Source: an uncultured delta proteobacterium
GTDB lineage: Bacteria > Desulfobacterota > Desulfobacteria > Desulfobacterales > SG8-13
DNA length: 64,000 nt
NCBI GenBank assembly: GCA_963848135.1
Contig: CAWKCK010000018.1
Span: forward strand, 634,938 to 698,937
Direction of reading: 5' to 3'
Below the pieces are notes generated by a model. The model was not told where the DNA came from, did no database searches, and saw nothing but the letters and a program-made list of their open reading frames with translations. Below are positions 1 through 10,612 of this stretch, piece by piece. The translations under genes were made by a program, and so were the position numbers. Numbering within the stretch: position 1 is the first letter of the stretch; each line of letters starts with the position of its first letter.

Positions 1-2766
1 CTGCAGCACAACGAGGTTGAAGCCTTTATTGCCCAAGTAAATGAGCCCGGTGACCCGGTTATCCGGATCGGAGATGGAGGTCATTGCGTTATCGGGGTCG
101 TAAATCAACAATTGGTGCAGTTTATCCTTCGGAAGTTTATCCGCCTGTTGGAACAATATATTGAGAATACGGCTGAGAAAGCGATCGAGTTGCTGGAGCC
201 CCAGTGAAGAGGCGATGCGATCTCGTGAAAATATTTCTGAAATTCGAAGCTTGTTTTTCTCGCGATCTATACTGGTCCCATTATCACTGGGAATATATTT
301 GCACAGGACTTGGTCATTGGGAATCTTATCCAAAATGCGATTGAGGTTTTCTTCATGAATGTTATGAAAGTAATCGTTGATGATATTTTTAACCGCAGCA
401 GCGAATCCCTTGAAGATGTCCAGGTACTGGGTGAAAGTGAATGCTTTTACTTCCAATGAATGCGCCAGCAGGTCGAGCTGACGCTCGATTTCAACTGATG
501 AAATCCCATCAAGATGTAAAGCCTTATCAAACAGGCGCAGGCGGGCATAGATCTGGTAAAAAGTTGCCTTGGTAATAAGGCTCAAGTCAATGCTTTCAAT
601 CAACTCTTCGAAGAGAACATTGACCAAGGACTCAAGGCGATAAGTCAATCCGAGAGCATCGAACTTCAACTCGTGGTAACTGCCGTACATGGATGGGATA
701 TCGATCGTGATATGCCTTTTCTTATATATATCTTCCCGCACTTCAAATTTATCAGAAGATAGAATGATGCCCTTAAGTTGCCCCAGATAATCCAGCAGCA
801 TGAACATCTTCCTTTTGAGGTCCGGTTCAGATAAAGCGCTTCGGAGCCGGTTGAGATCCGAAAATGCCTCGGTGGACAACTGGGAAATATAACTCTTCAA
901 TTCAACGTAATCGACGCTGTATTTTTGATGAAGCAATTTGTAGAAGGCGACAATCAGAAGAACTCGCTGACGATCTTCCTCGCTCGCATCACCATTCGTA
1001 TCGTCAATCATTCGGCGAAGTTGATCTTCCGGCAGCGTCAACAGGGTTTGGAGAGCAATTTCTTTACGTTTCAGTTGATCCATGATCGCGTGGACCCCGT
1101 CGATATAGGGTCCGTGGGTATCGATCCGCTCGTAGACATCGGGTGGAACGACCTGTTTCAACATTTTCTTGTCGCGGGTCGCCCAGAAATAGAGCGTCGC
1201 TTCCATGAATGCGATAATCTGGTTGCTGCTCTCTACATGACTCTGCTTGCGTAAAAAGTGGATCAGGATGTCGCGGCGGCGCGTTATTTCATCGATACGG
1301 GTCGATATGTCTCGAAGGCGTCCTTCTGCACCAATATCATTGAAGTAGGACGGAAATAGTCGTGTCATTTGTTTAGTTAGGTTGTATACCGGACCGACGT
1401 CACTGTTCAGAAATCGGGTGATGTCGCGTGGGAAAAGGTCGGTATCCCTTATGAATACGCCACTCAGTGCCAGGTGGATAATGAGAACCGATATGAGCCG
1501 GGTCGACCACTTGGGGTTTAGCTCGATCAACGCCAGCCAGGTTCGAATGTTCTGTATGTGGGCATTGTTAACCTTGATCTGCCAGTCTTCATCGACGCCT
1601 CTGATGCGTGGTGCTTGAAACGGCAACTCGATGACCTGATCGATAAAAAAATTGACCAGTTCACTATCATCGGTTCTATAGACGCCTTTGCCCATGGTCA
1701 GCACACAGTTCAATGCCGTGGCAGGAAAACTGAGCGCTTGTTTTTGAAGGATGGTGAAAGTCTTGCGGATCAGTCTGCGGATATTCAGATCCGATTCATT
1801 TGAAATAAGCCAACTGACGGTTCGGTTAATATCCCGCAAAGCCTCTTCGTGAATGATCGAAAGCCCGGAGGTGGCCATCATGTGAAACAGGAATATAATT
1901 TTCCATTGATTTCCATGAGTTTTTCCACCGGCTACCAACAGTTTCTGGGGTGTCTGACGGTATATCTCAACGATTTGTCCGTATCCGGGGAGCGCGAGCA
2001 AATCCCGCAATAATTCAGGAGCATCGGCAGGCCCCTTGGCACTGATTTCTTGTCGCCGGATTTCGAGGTGCCTTATTTTGTCATGGCTAATTTCTTTAAA
2101 AATAGGGGTAACCTGCTCCAGGTTACCGAAGTCATCCGTTTCACTGGCCTCGGCCGCAAACCAGTCGAGTGGGTCCCTGACAGCAAGCCAGTATTCATAG
2201 TTGCTCTGAAAATACCGCAATAGCAGCGCATTGATGGCATTGAAGTCGCCATTGATCGCATCCAGTCTCTGCAGCAGCATCTCCCCCAGGCGTTTGAGCT
2301 GATAAAAGCTTTTTACGAAAAGTAAAAAGTTGTCTCTGTCCAAATTTCGCACGTTGTCGAAGGCCTCGTTAAGTGTCGGTACAAAACGATCGAGCCCCGA
2401 ACGAGATTCATTGATGATTTTTTGAAGAAACAGCACGAGATTGTCGACCGCCTCGACCTTGACACTGTCCTCTCTGGCAGAATGAATGGCGTCGATGAAG
2501 ATCTCGACAAAAAGACGGGCGCCTTCCGGACCGTCGGTATGACCGTCCATCAGGTGGAAGTATTCGAGAGTGTAACGTCTGGCTTCGGCAATAATGAAAT
2601 TCCAGTTCCGGTAGGGATGGGATAGTTCTTCCAGAAAGGTGTTGAACCCTTCCATCAACCCAAAATACCGCGACATAATATCCTGGAGCGTTGCATACTT
2701 CGGGTCGATGTCGACATCGATCCGGGATCCCGCCAAATTGACTTCGAGGGCTTTAGACTTAATCAT
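1..2766 (-). CDS. Large PEP/pyruvate-binding-domain protein (PPDK/PEP-synthase-like); 3' end runs off the window
   Basis: Absent from the ORF track because it has no stop in the window. ATG at 2766 gives MIKSKALEVNLAGSRIDVDIDPKY. The window edge in the same frame reads GLIYLGNKGFNLVVLQ, resembling the LGGKGANL start of the PPDK/PEP-synthase nucleotide-binding domain. Both ends were translated by hand; the interior was not checked codon by codon. Confidence 0.8.
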   Translation of the reverse strand, partial: MIKSKALEVNLAGSRIDVDIDPKYATLQDIMSRYFGLMEGFNTFLEELSHPYRNWNFIIAEARRYTLEYFHLMDGHTDGPEGARLFVEIFIDAIHSAREDSVKVEAVDNLVLFLQKIINESRSGLDRFVPTLNEAFDNVRNLDRDNFLLFVKSFYQLKRLGEMLLQRLDAINGDFNAINALLLRYFQSNYEYWLAVRDPLDWFAAEASETDDFGNLEQVTPIFKEISHDKIRHLEIRRQEISAKGPADAPELLRDLLALPGYGQIVEIYRQTPQKLLVAGGKTHGNQWKIIFLFHMMATSGLSIIHEEALRDINRTVSWLISNESDLNIRRLIRKTFTILQKQALSFPATALNCVLTMGKGVYRTDDSELVNFFIDQVIELPFQAPRIRGVDEDWQIKVNNAHIQNIRTWLALIELNPKWSTRLISVLIIHLALSGVFIRDTDLFPRDITRFLNSDVGPVYNLTKQMTRLFPSYFNDIGAEGRLRDISTRIDEITRRRDILIHFLRKQSHVESSNQIIAFMEATLYFWATRDKKMLKQVVPPDVYERIDTHGPYIDGVHAIMDQLKRKEIALQTLLTLPEDQLRRMIDDTNGDASEEDRQRVLLIVAFYKLLHQKYSVDYVELKSYISQLSTEAFSDLNRLRSALSEPDLKRKMFMLLDYLGQLKGIILSSDKFEVREDIYKKRHITIDIPSMYGSYHELKFDALGLTYRLESLVNVLFEELIESIDLSLITKATFYQIYARLRLFDKALHLDGISSVEIERQLDLLAHSLEVKAFTFTQYLDIFKGFAAAVKNIINDYFHNIHEENLNRILDKIPNDQVLCKYIPSDNGTSIDREKNKLRISEIFSRDRIASSLGLQQLDRFLSRILNILFQQADKLPKDKLHQLLIYDPDNAMTSISDPDNRVTGLIYLGNKGFNLVVLQ

Positions 2767-2830
2767 GGACGCCAATCTTTCCAATTCGGATGAGCAAATA
2801 GCGTGTCGGTGTTCTTAGAGTGAATAGATT

Positions 2831-2920
2831 CAATGACCTCCGCCAAAGCCGGGGGGATGGCTTGTGAACCGCTCGAAGCGTTTATTGAAAAACATTCCTT
2901 CGGCCAACCGGCCGGTCATT
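2831..2920. repeat. Hairpin repeat resembling an IS200/IS605-type end (copy 1)
   Basis: caatgacctccgccaaagccggggggatggcttgtgaaccgctcgaagcg is homologous to the sequence at 43742. Confidence 0.55.
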
Positions 2921-3157
2921 GAAAAATGCTTTTTAAAAATATATTTCGAAATAAGGATAGTGACTGTTGCAAAAATCGTTCGCATAACTGAACGTTTAAT
3001 GACAACCACGATAAGGGACACACTCCCCTGCACCTCATAGTTTAGGCTAACAAAGGTTATGATCGTTTTCAAGGCCTCCAACAATCCCCACGGGGTCTGA
3101 GTGTTGATTTCTCAATGCCCCGGGGTATAACTGGTGGTATTCCCGCCGTATTTAACA

Positions 3158-3321
3158 AGGCTGTTGAAAAGGCTATTGCATTTGACAATACGGCGTTAAT
3201 GGCTGAACCGCGGGGCCCTACCCCCGTTTCAGCGAAAATGCTCATTTATCACACATAAACTCCGCTTTTTCGTCGGATTTTGCCTTGTCTTGCCGGCGCT
3301 CTTGACGTTTTTCAACACCCT
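3158..3321. mobile_element. MITE-like element of about 165 bp (copy 1)
   Basis: Terminal inverted repeats aggctgttgaaaa / ttttcaacaccct; closely similar copy at 59370-59533. Confidence 0.8.
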
Positions 3322-3509
3322 CTTCTAAAGATCCGCCGGCAAATCCCGATATATATCCAGTTACCTATTATATCATATGTTATCCTTGTTCCCATGCACA
3401 ACCCGGGTTTTGACTCCGGACGACATCCGCTCATAGCGATAATTGTTTAGTGCCAGATGGATACGGGTATCCATAAACGGCATCACCCGAACCGGAAGGG
3501 CGGTAATTC

Positions 3510-4895
3510 TTGAAACAACGCATCAATATCGATCATCTCATCGACCTTGTAAGTAACGGCGGAATTATCAGAACCGGCGTTGACATAATCAACGCTAAGG
3601 GCGTCCTGCTGTTAGAAAAACATGTTCCGGTCAGCAAGGTTCGCGCCTTGCTGGCCATCAAAGCATTTGGAATCACTCATCTCGAAATCGATCCCGAGAC
3701 CGCCGGCGGCATGTGGGATGGCAATGGAAACCCATTACCGGTCTCTGAGGGGAACGGCGAGGCGCTTGCCCGCCCCGATCATGACGTAGAGTTATCGGAT
3801 GTTGAATTGAAGATCAGGAAAATCAACCGCCAGAAATCCGAAGCCGTCTCGAAATACCATAAAGCCAAAGAAAGCATTAAACGCGTCATTTCAGATATTC
3901 GCGAAACAGGGGGTGAATTCGATTATACCTTGGTCGAGCACACCGTATCCGACATTTTCAATTTTCTCACAGGCAACAGTTCGGCTTTTCTGTATTTGAC
4001 CAAAGAAATATTCACTTACGATGATTATCTTTATAATCACTCCGTAAACGTCTGCACCATCGGCACGGCCGTATTGAACCGCTTCAACGACCACTTTTCG
4101 GAAATCGTCAATAACTTTCTCAACGATTTTTATGCCGGCAATTCGAGCCACTCCCAGGATCCGAACAGGGAGTCATATATCAATTACCTGCCGGTGGATC
4201 TTCAGGACATCGCTATCGGGTATTTTCTGCATGATATCGGAAAGGTCCTAATACCTGAAGAGATTCTAAACAAGCCCGGGCGCCTGACAGCAGAAGAATT
4301 TGATCTTATCAAAACCCATTCGTACGTAAAAGGGATCGAAATCCTTAACCGCAACCGTCTTAAAAACCTGCCCGTGGAGACCATTGTGAAATATCACCAC
4401 AGTGCACTTTACCGTGGCGAGACCAATTGCTATCCGACCGACAAGTTGCCGATCGAGTTGCCACCATATGTCAAAGTGGCGAAACTGGTCGACATTTATG
4501 ATGCAATGACCTCTAAAAGGTGCTACAAAGAGGCCCTCAACCCGGTCAGCGTTGTAACGGATATATTCCGAAAATACGCCGAGAAAGATCGTATGCTGCA
4601 GTTCATATTGCACTCTTTTGTGAAAACACTGGGTATTTGCCCACCCGGCAGTATCATCTCGTTGCGAAACGGGCAGCAATGCTATGTGTTGACAGGGGAG
4701 GGACCGATCGTTTTGCCGGTTACCGATAACAGTGGACAACCGTTGCGTTCCAAACCGGACCCCATCGATTTGGGGAAGCCGGAAGCCGAAATCAACGGTT
4801 TGAGGATCGACCGGCGCCAACCGCTGCAAAATCCTATTGATATCTACGATCGTCTACCGGCATATGTGCAGCAAGCGATTCGGCAGGATTTGTAA
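3510..4895 (+). CDS. HD-GYP domain protein (putative cyclic di-nucleotide phosphodiesterase)
   Basis: HSVNV, HDIGK, HH and DIYDAMTSKRCYK motifs; the GYP motif reads CYP. Confidence 0.85.
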   Translation: MKQRINIDHLIDLVSNGGIIRTGVDIINAKGVLLLEKHVPVSKVRALLAIKAFGITHLEIDPETAGGMWDGNGNPLPVSEGNGEALARPDHDVELSDVELKIRKINRQKSEAVSKYHKAKESIKRVISDIRETGGEFDYTLVEHTVSDIFNFLTGNSSAFLYLTKEIFTYDDYLYNHSVNVCTIGTAVLNRFNDHFSEIVNNFLNDFYAGNSSHSQDPNRESYINYLPVDLQDIAIGYFLHDIGKVLIPEEILNKPGRLTAEEFDLIKTHSYVKGIEILNRNRLKNLPVETIVKYHHSALYRGETNCYPTDKLPIELPPYVKVAKLVDIYDAMTSKRCYKEALNPVSVVTDIFRKYAEKDRMLQFILHSFVKTLGICPPGSIISLRNGQQCYVLTGEGPIVLPVTDNSGQPLRSKPDPIDLGKPEAEINGLRIDRRQPLQNPIDIYDRLPAYVQQAIRQDL

Positions 4896-5139
4896 CTCTT
4901 ATGTATCAAAGATAAATGGAGACATTGATCAGAGAGGTTTGCCATTTCAATGCCTTGACGCGGAAATGTAATTTCGCCACCCTGAAAAAAAAACCCGCTG
5001 GTCAAGTTCCAGTTACTGATGCTTCAATCCCCTCCGCCACCCGGTGCTAACCGAAATTCTGACGCATCGCTTTCGAACATTTACGAAACGCGCCGGTCCG
5101 CACGCCCATTCACCTCATCTGGACTTGGAAAGAAGATTA

Positions 5140-5649
5140 ATGCCATTCAAACAACTTTTAGGCAAAGGAATCCGTGAATCGCTGGGAATCGTAATTCTAT
5201 CAGGCTGCATCGCCTTCGGAATCAACCTTGCCAGGCAAAAACCTCTCGACCTTTTCGGGTCTGCGCCTCTTCCGGTTGAATCACCCGCCATCTTTAAACC
5301 CGAAGTGGCAGCAGGCGTCCAGGAAATTTCATTAGTCGAGGCGATTGACCACTTCCGTCAAGGCTCTGCCCTGTTCGTGGATGCCCGTTCGGTCGATGAT
5401 TACCGGAGCGGTCATATCGACGGTGCCATCAACATCCCCGACCAAATTTTCGAAGAATATATTGGTCCCTTTCTGGCAGCGACTGCTCCGGATACGGTGC
5501 TGATCACCTATTGTGAGGGAAAGGGTTGTGCCCTGTCGCAAAATCTGGCCGAAAAACTCATTCTGGCCGGATTTGACAAAGTGTATCATATCAGAGACGG
5601 CTGGGGGGAATGGAAACGGAACGACCTGCCGATGAGCCGGGGGAGTTAA
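5140..5649 (+). CDS. Membrane-anchored rhodanese-like domain protein
   Basis: N-terminal TM segment, FVDARS..Y..GHIDGAINIP, YCEGKGC, GWGEW; start moved to the ATG at 5140. Confidence 0.85.
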   Translation: MPFKQLLGKGIRESLGIVILSGCIAFGINLARQKPLDLFGSAPLPVESPAIFKPEVAAGVQEISLVEAIDHFRQGSALFVDARSVDDYRSGHIDGAINIPDQIFEEYIGPFLAATAPDTVLITYCEGKGCALSQNLAEKLILAGFDKVYHIRDGWGEWKRNDLPMSRGS

Positions 5650-5792
5650 TAAATTTAAAAATAAATTCCGAAACACATAAAGGGTGGTATCAGTGGTTTG
5701 TGAAAAACCAGCCGAAAAACGTCTCGTTTTTTTGACGACCAATAGACACCGATTGTTCGTCAAATAAAGATGAACTGAAAAACGAAATAAAC

Positions 5793-5822
5793 AGAGCCCC
5801 ACCACAACGAAGGCGGGGCTCT
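5793..5822 (-). terminator. Probable intrinsic terminator after acsE
   Basis: agagcccc...ggggctct stem between convergent genes. Confidence 0.55.
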
Positions 5823-5894
5823 ATTTTATCTATTCCACGGTGCGAGCATGCGCATTAGAATTCCCACTCGCAAAACACCGTTCTATCCTGTTAT

Positions 5895-6791
5895 CTACAG
5901 TTCCAGCCAGGAATCAGAATAGAGGGACTTTCCAAGTATGACATTCACGGTCTTGGCATAGTCCTGCAATTCTTTCGGCAGACCCGCAATGTCCGGTTCG
6001 TTGCCGTCCATCATCCCATAGATAAGGTCGACAATATCCTGCCGCTTGCCTTTGGCAATGTCAATCAGCTGGTCGTCAAGCGGATCCGCAATCACCGATA
6101 TCATACCGCATTTTTCAAGCATGACCATATAGGTCTGATTCAAGATCGGCCGCAAGTGGTCCGGCGGCCCATTGGAAATGTTGGACAGACCGCAGGTGCT
6201 CTTGGCGCCGGGGGCGATGTCCTGCAGCATTTTCTGGAATTCCATCAGGCTTATGGCCTGCGGCTGTTGAATGTTGACCGGCGTAACGATGCCGTCGACC
6301 CAGATCTTTTCGTTTGGAATACCGGCTTCATTGGCGAAATAGAGGAGTTCGACGCACAGGGCCGCACGCTCGTTTTCGTCGCGTGGCAATCCTTCGGGTC
6401 CCCACATCAGAGCGATGAAATCCGCGCCATGCTCAGCCGCGATCGGCACCATCCGTTCGTAGCGTTCTGGGCGCACCATGATCGAATTGACCATATGGCC
6501 AGCGCCGTTGGTGGAGGGTTTGATCACTTTGAGCGCGGCTTCTATGGCGTCAATGTTGGACGTGTCCAGGGCCAGAGGAAGGTCATCGACAACTTCCTGT
6601 ACGGTTTGAACCACCCATGGCATCAACTCGGGTCCGTCTTTTTTCGCCGGCCCCAGGTTGATATCGATGAAGTCCATTTCCTTTTTACGCTGGAAAATGG
6701 CTTCCTCTTGAATCGGTTTGGGATCACGTTCTTTGAACGCTTTTCCGATTTTTTTCGAAATAACGTTTAAACTCTCGCCTATCAGCAGCAT
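5895..6791 (-). CDS. acsE: Methyltetrahydrofolate:corrinoid Fe-S protein methyltransferase
   Basis: Pterin-binding fold (IGESLN, LDTSN, GLSNISNG); last gene of the acs operon. Confidence 0.92.
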   Translation of the reverse strand: MLLIGESLNVISKKIGKAFKERDPKPIQEEAIFQRKKEMDFIDINLGPAKKDGPELMPWVVQTVQEVVDDLPLALDTSNIDAIEAALKVIKPSTNGAGHMVNSIMVRPERYERMVPIAAEHGADFIALMWGPEGLPRDENERAALCVELLYFANEAGIPNEKIWVDGIVTPVNIQQPQAISLMEFQKMLQDIAPGAKSTCGLSNISNGPPDHLRPILNQTYMVMLEKCGMISVIADPLDDQLIDIAKGKRQDIVDLIYGMMDGNEPDIAGLPKELQDYAKTVNVILGKSLYSDSWLEL

Positions 6792-6884
6792 TGGCTCTCC
6801 CTCCTATCTGGCTTGTCGATAATGTTATCCGGCCGTCGGTTGCAGAATGGCCATTCGGGCCATTCTGCAACCGACGCGTTGTTG

Positions 6885-8225
6885 TCACTTGCTTTTGAGA
6901 AACCCGGGGATATGGGCCGCTTCACGCGGACCCACGGTGATTGTCCAGCCGGGAAGCTCCTCTTCCACGTCGCCGGCAATCGCAGCGGCATAGCCGGGGA
7001 TGACGACTTCCTGGTGTTTGACTTTGTCGGCAATACCGCTCTTTTTTATAAACATTCCGACATCGTCACCGGAAAATTTTCCGGCGGCCCAGGCGGTCAT
7101 CACCGAAAGGCCTTCAGCGTCTTTTATCAGGAGCCAGGAAGGAACGCGGCTGCCTTCGATTTCGCCGGATACGATAAAGTAGGTCAGGGCAAAGTTGGTC
7201 GTGACCATTATCGGAGAATTTTCATCCGGATTGCCGATTTCGTAAATTCCTTCTGTTACGGTCATCGGACGCTGCGGATCGGTGTAAATGTTCAGCCGCT
7301 CGAGCAACAGCGGGAAAAGGCTTTCGCTCTTGAAATCCGAAAAGACGACGAGCCCGCCGTACTTGGCCACGAACATGGCCCCGATCATGGTTTCAACGTC
7401 AAGGTTGGACGCCATCTCGCACGGAAAGACGATGGTCGGGAATCCGACCGCCCGGTTGCCGTCTTTCAAAGCGGCTCGACGCATCGCCACCTGGTCGGCA
7501 AAGGATTGTCTGATTTCTCTGGAACCCGGATCGATCACGAGTTCTTTCAATCCCATTTCAGCCAGTTTCTCCGTCAGAGGCACCAGAGCCTCAACGGAAT
7601 CGGCCTTGACGGCAAGCGGCAAGTCGTTTTCCTTTGCCAGGCTGCCAAAGGCATCGAAATTGTCCGCTGTCGCCGCATACATCAGGGGTCGTTTGAATTT
7701 ACTGGCTTCTACACCGGCTTTCATGACGTCAGGATCTTCGGTCATGAGAATCAGGTTGAATTCGGAACTTTCGGCGATCTTTTTTGCTTTTTCGGCAAAA
7801 GCGGCCGCGTCTCCGCCAACATCCTTCAGAGCGACCAGTTCAGGACGAAGATTCAATCCGACCCGCTCAAACTGGAAGGCATTCCACACCGCCAGTTTCT
7901 TTTCGAGGTCTGCCAGGGGAATATCCGAACCGACACAGGCCGCCAGGCCCGTGGGATTGTAAAATGTTTTTTCGTGGCGATATTGAACGGTTTCACCACC
8001 GACGGTTAACTTGCGCACACCCTTGCCGATCGACACCGGACGGATGGGCGGTGCTGAGGCTTCAGCCAGTTGCTCACGTGCTTCATCAGACACGTAAGGA
8101 CAGCTGTCAAGTTCAGCCTTACCCGAAGCCAGGTTCATGGCAAATGCCAGACAGGTCGGAACCCCGCATTCTTTGCAGTTGGTCTTCGGCAGGAGTTTGA
8201 AAATCTGAATACCGGTTAATGCCAT
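6885..8225 (-). CDS. acsC: Corrinoid iron-sulfur protein large (gamma) subunit
   Basis: MALTGIQIFKLLPKTNCKECGVPTCLAFA Fe-S motif and TTNFALTYF; start corrected to 8225. Confidence 0.96.
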   Translation of the reverse strand: MALTGIQIFKLLPKTNCKECGVPTCLAFAMNLASGKAELDSCPYVSDEAREQLAEASAPPIRPVSIGKGVRKLTVGGETVQYRHEKTFYNPTGLAACVGSDIPLADLEKKLAVWNAFQFERVGLNLRPELVALKDVGGDAAAFAEKAKKIAESSEFNLILMTEDPDVMKAGVEASKFKRPLMYAATADNFDAFGSLAKENDLPLAVKADSVEALVPLTEKLAEMGLKELVIDPGSREIRQSFADQVAMRRAALKDGNRAVGFPTIVFPCEMASNLDVETMIGAMFVAKYGGLVVFSDFKSESLFPLLLERLNIYTDPQRPMTVTEGIYEIGNPDENSPIMVTTNFALTYFIVSGEIEGSRVPSWLLIKDAEGLSVMTAWAAGKFSGDDVGMFIKKSGIADKVKHQEVVIPGYAAAIAGDVEEELPGWTITVGPREAAHIPGFLKSK

Positions 8226-8345
8226 TTTTGTCTCCTTCAGTCGAGTTTCGAGTTGCCGGTTCCAGGCTGTGCACTGTGCCGGGCGGGCCGAATCAGATCG
8301 GCCCGCGCCGCACCCAGTGCGCAACACGCGACATGTCTTTAATAT

Positions 8346-10559
8346 TTATTTGATAATCGAGTCCATGGACAGCGCTGGATGACCCTTTTCCTTGAGAAAA
8401 GGCATAATTTCTTCCTCGGTGATCCCTACGGTCTCATCGGCAATCATGTCGTAAAGATCGGGAACGCCCATTTCCTTTCCTCTCTTGATTATGCGCTCCT
8501 TGATCTCCTCCTTCAGGCTCTTGGGCATCCACACCATCCGCAAGAGTCCCCCGTCACCGAGGATGAACTTGCCCTGGGTGATGTTGAACTTCGAGTGTCC
8601 GACAAAACCCGGTGAGGACCCCCCACCGCCCATAACACCGGCAAGGGTCGTAAACTTCATACCGCAAGGGGTTTCCCCGGCATAATCCCGGTGGACGGTC
8701 ATAACGCCATTACATGACGGCAGCATCGCCGCGATGCATTCGCAGCAGCCACAGGTGGTCATGGGGTCGACAACCATGGAGTAAAAGTTGTAGTGGTCGA
8801 TGGCCCCCCGAGAGGCTTTGGAGATAAAATCGTTGACACCTTTCCACTGGCCCAGTTTCGCATCGAGGCATTCGCCCTTTTCGATCGGCTGGTTCGGCCC
8901 GGTGGGATTGATCTCGAAGGACGCTTTGCAGTCCATCCAGTTGTAAGCGCCGCATAGCCCTGTTCGTTCCGGACTGACCGTGCAGACGTGGGTGGGGGCG
9001 AATGACTGACACAGGGTGCAGGAGTAATAAGTCTCCACGTCCTCGTCGGTCATTTTCTCGACCCGCTCGTCCCGCAACTTATATTCGCCCCGGGCTCTCT
9101 TGGTCAACTCGTCGACCTTCTTTTTATCGGTTATCAGGGTCACTTGGACCTTGTCGAGAATGTTGCCGAAGTCCTGATGAAATTTGGCGTGCAGCACGAC
9201 ACCGATGTCTTTGATCGTAAAGCCCTTCTCGATGGCGGCTTTGCCGACGCGGACCCAGGCGATATCGCGCTGGCCGATGTGCATCACACCCTGGATGTAG
9301 TTGATCAGGTGGTGGATTTGGCGCTCGATGATCGGCTCGAAATCGGTCTGGAACTCACGCCCGGCCACTTGGACATAAATACCCAGTGGCAAGGTTTCCC
9401 CCTCTTTCAGATCGGAGACATCGGGTCCGTCGACAATCACCTTGCCGTCATCGATCTCGTTCATCTCTGCCATCTTGACCAGCTCGGTGGCCTGGGTTTT
9501 GCCGCCGCCCATCTGGCAGAACAGATCGGCGCCACGGACACGCTCGCCCTCATAGGCTGGACCGAAGGCACACGGAATTTCGATCTGGGAGACCGTGGTC
9601 TTCAAGCCGCGGACCTCCACCGATCTTTCAACCATTTTATCATGGGCCACGTTGGCCACGACGTGCTCATAAGTGCAGACGCCGGTGGGCAGGATCTCGG
9701 GGATGTCGGTATCGGCCAGGGTCGGGAAACCCCAGTTAACCGCGCCGGCCGCCGCGGCCGCCCATTCGGCGTTGACGTCACCGAGGGCATTGACGAAGGC
9801 AAAGATCCGGTCCTTGTTGTAGAGCAGCATCTTTTTGTAGTCGCCCGGTTTGACACCACCGAAGGCCATGGCGGCCCGGTTGGCGAACCCGAGGGCGAAG
9901 ATGGCCGATGAGATGTCCGGCCCGAAGGGAACGATACGGGTGTTCCAGCCCACCTGAACCCCGGCCTGGATGAGTTGCTCGATCACGGTTGTACCGTTCT
10001 GATTGGCCGCGCAGAAAATGTACAAGCTGCGGCGTTGGTATTCTTCCACGATCATCTTGGCGGTTTCCGCATCGGGTGCCGAACCGACGATGGCCGCAAA
10101 CCCGGGTGCCGAGCCGTCGACGAACTCGACACCTCTTTTACGGAAAACTGTATCGTCTGCCGCGCCGAGCCAGATCTTGCCGGCTTCGATATCCGGTTCT
10201 TCGGAATGGAGGTAAAAATCCGGTTCCTCTAGATATCTCAGGGCTTCGTCGAGTTCGAACGCCAGCAGGGCCGCCATACCGGCGTCCAGCAGTGGTCCGA
10301 GGTACGGTATATGGTTGTGGCCTTTTACGTGGGGCGGCAACAACCCGCGGGCAAAATCCAATGGTTTTTTCATGTCCTCCAATGTTTCGACCTTCAGGCC
10401 GAGCAGGGAATATATGACCGGCAGATAGTATGCGGTGTTGGGAAATCCAACTTTGGTGTCCGCATTGTAGGTCTGTAAAGCTTTATTGTATCTTCCTTCA
10501 ACCTTGGAAACAATGTTGTAACCACCCTGAATGGCGGCGAATGCAACAAGTCTTGACAT
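8346..10559 (-). CDS. acsB: Acetyl-CoA synthase (ACS/CODH complex)
   Basis: A-cluster ligands CTLCQSFAPTHVC...GLCG and TTCGC; N-terminal FPNTAYYLP. Confidence 0.96.
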   Translation of the reverse strand: MSRLVAFAAIQGGYNIVSKVEGRYNKALQTYNADTKVGFPNTAYYLPVIYSLLGLKVETLEDMKKPLDFARGLLPPHVKGHNHIPYLGPLLDAGMAALLAFELDEALRYLEEPDFYLHSEEPDIEAGKIWLGAADDTVFRKRGVEFVDGSAPGFAAIVGSAPDAETAKMIVEEYQRRSLYIFCAANQNGTTVIEQLIQAGVQVGWNTRIVPFGPDISSAIFALGFANRAAMAFGGVKPGDYKKMLLYNKDRIFAFVNALGDVNAEWAAAAAGAVNWGFPTLADTDIPEILPTGVCTYEHVVANVAHDKMVERSVEVRGLKTTVSQIEIPCAFGPAYEGERVRGADLFCQMGGGKTQATELVKMAEMNEIDDGKVIVDGPDVSDLKEGETLPLGIYVQVAGREFQTDFEPIIERQIHHLINYIQGVMHIGQRDIAWVRVGKAAIEKGFTIKDIGVVLHAKFHQDFGNILDKVQVTLITDKKKVDELTKRARGEYKLRDERVEKMTDEDVETYYSCTLCQSFAPTHVCTVSPERTGLCGAYNWMDCKASFEINPTGPNQPIEKGECLDAKLGQWKGVNDFISKASRGAIDHYNFYSMVVDPMTTCGCCECIAAMLPSCNGVMTVHRDYAGETPCGMKFTTLAGVMGGGGSSPGFVGHSKFNITQGKFILGDGGLLRMVWMPKSLKEEIKERIIKRGKEMGVPDLYDMIADETVGITEEEIMPFLKEKGHPALSMDSIIK

Positions 10560-10612
10560 GCTTTCCTCCTCCTTTGTTGAGGATAATTGTGGTTAACGAG
10601 AAGCTCGAATCT

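Noticed and set aside
161..2625. Many short ORFs in the track
   Set aside because: They are shadows of the long minus-strand gene at 1-2766.
6813..8009. 398-aa plus-strand ORF and similar antisense ORFs over acsB, acsD, mutM and DUF72
   Set aside because: They are antisense shadows of well-supported genes and show no motifs.
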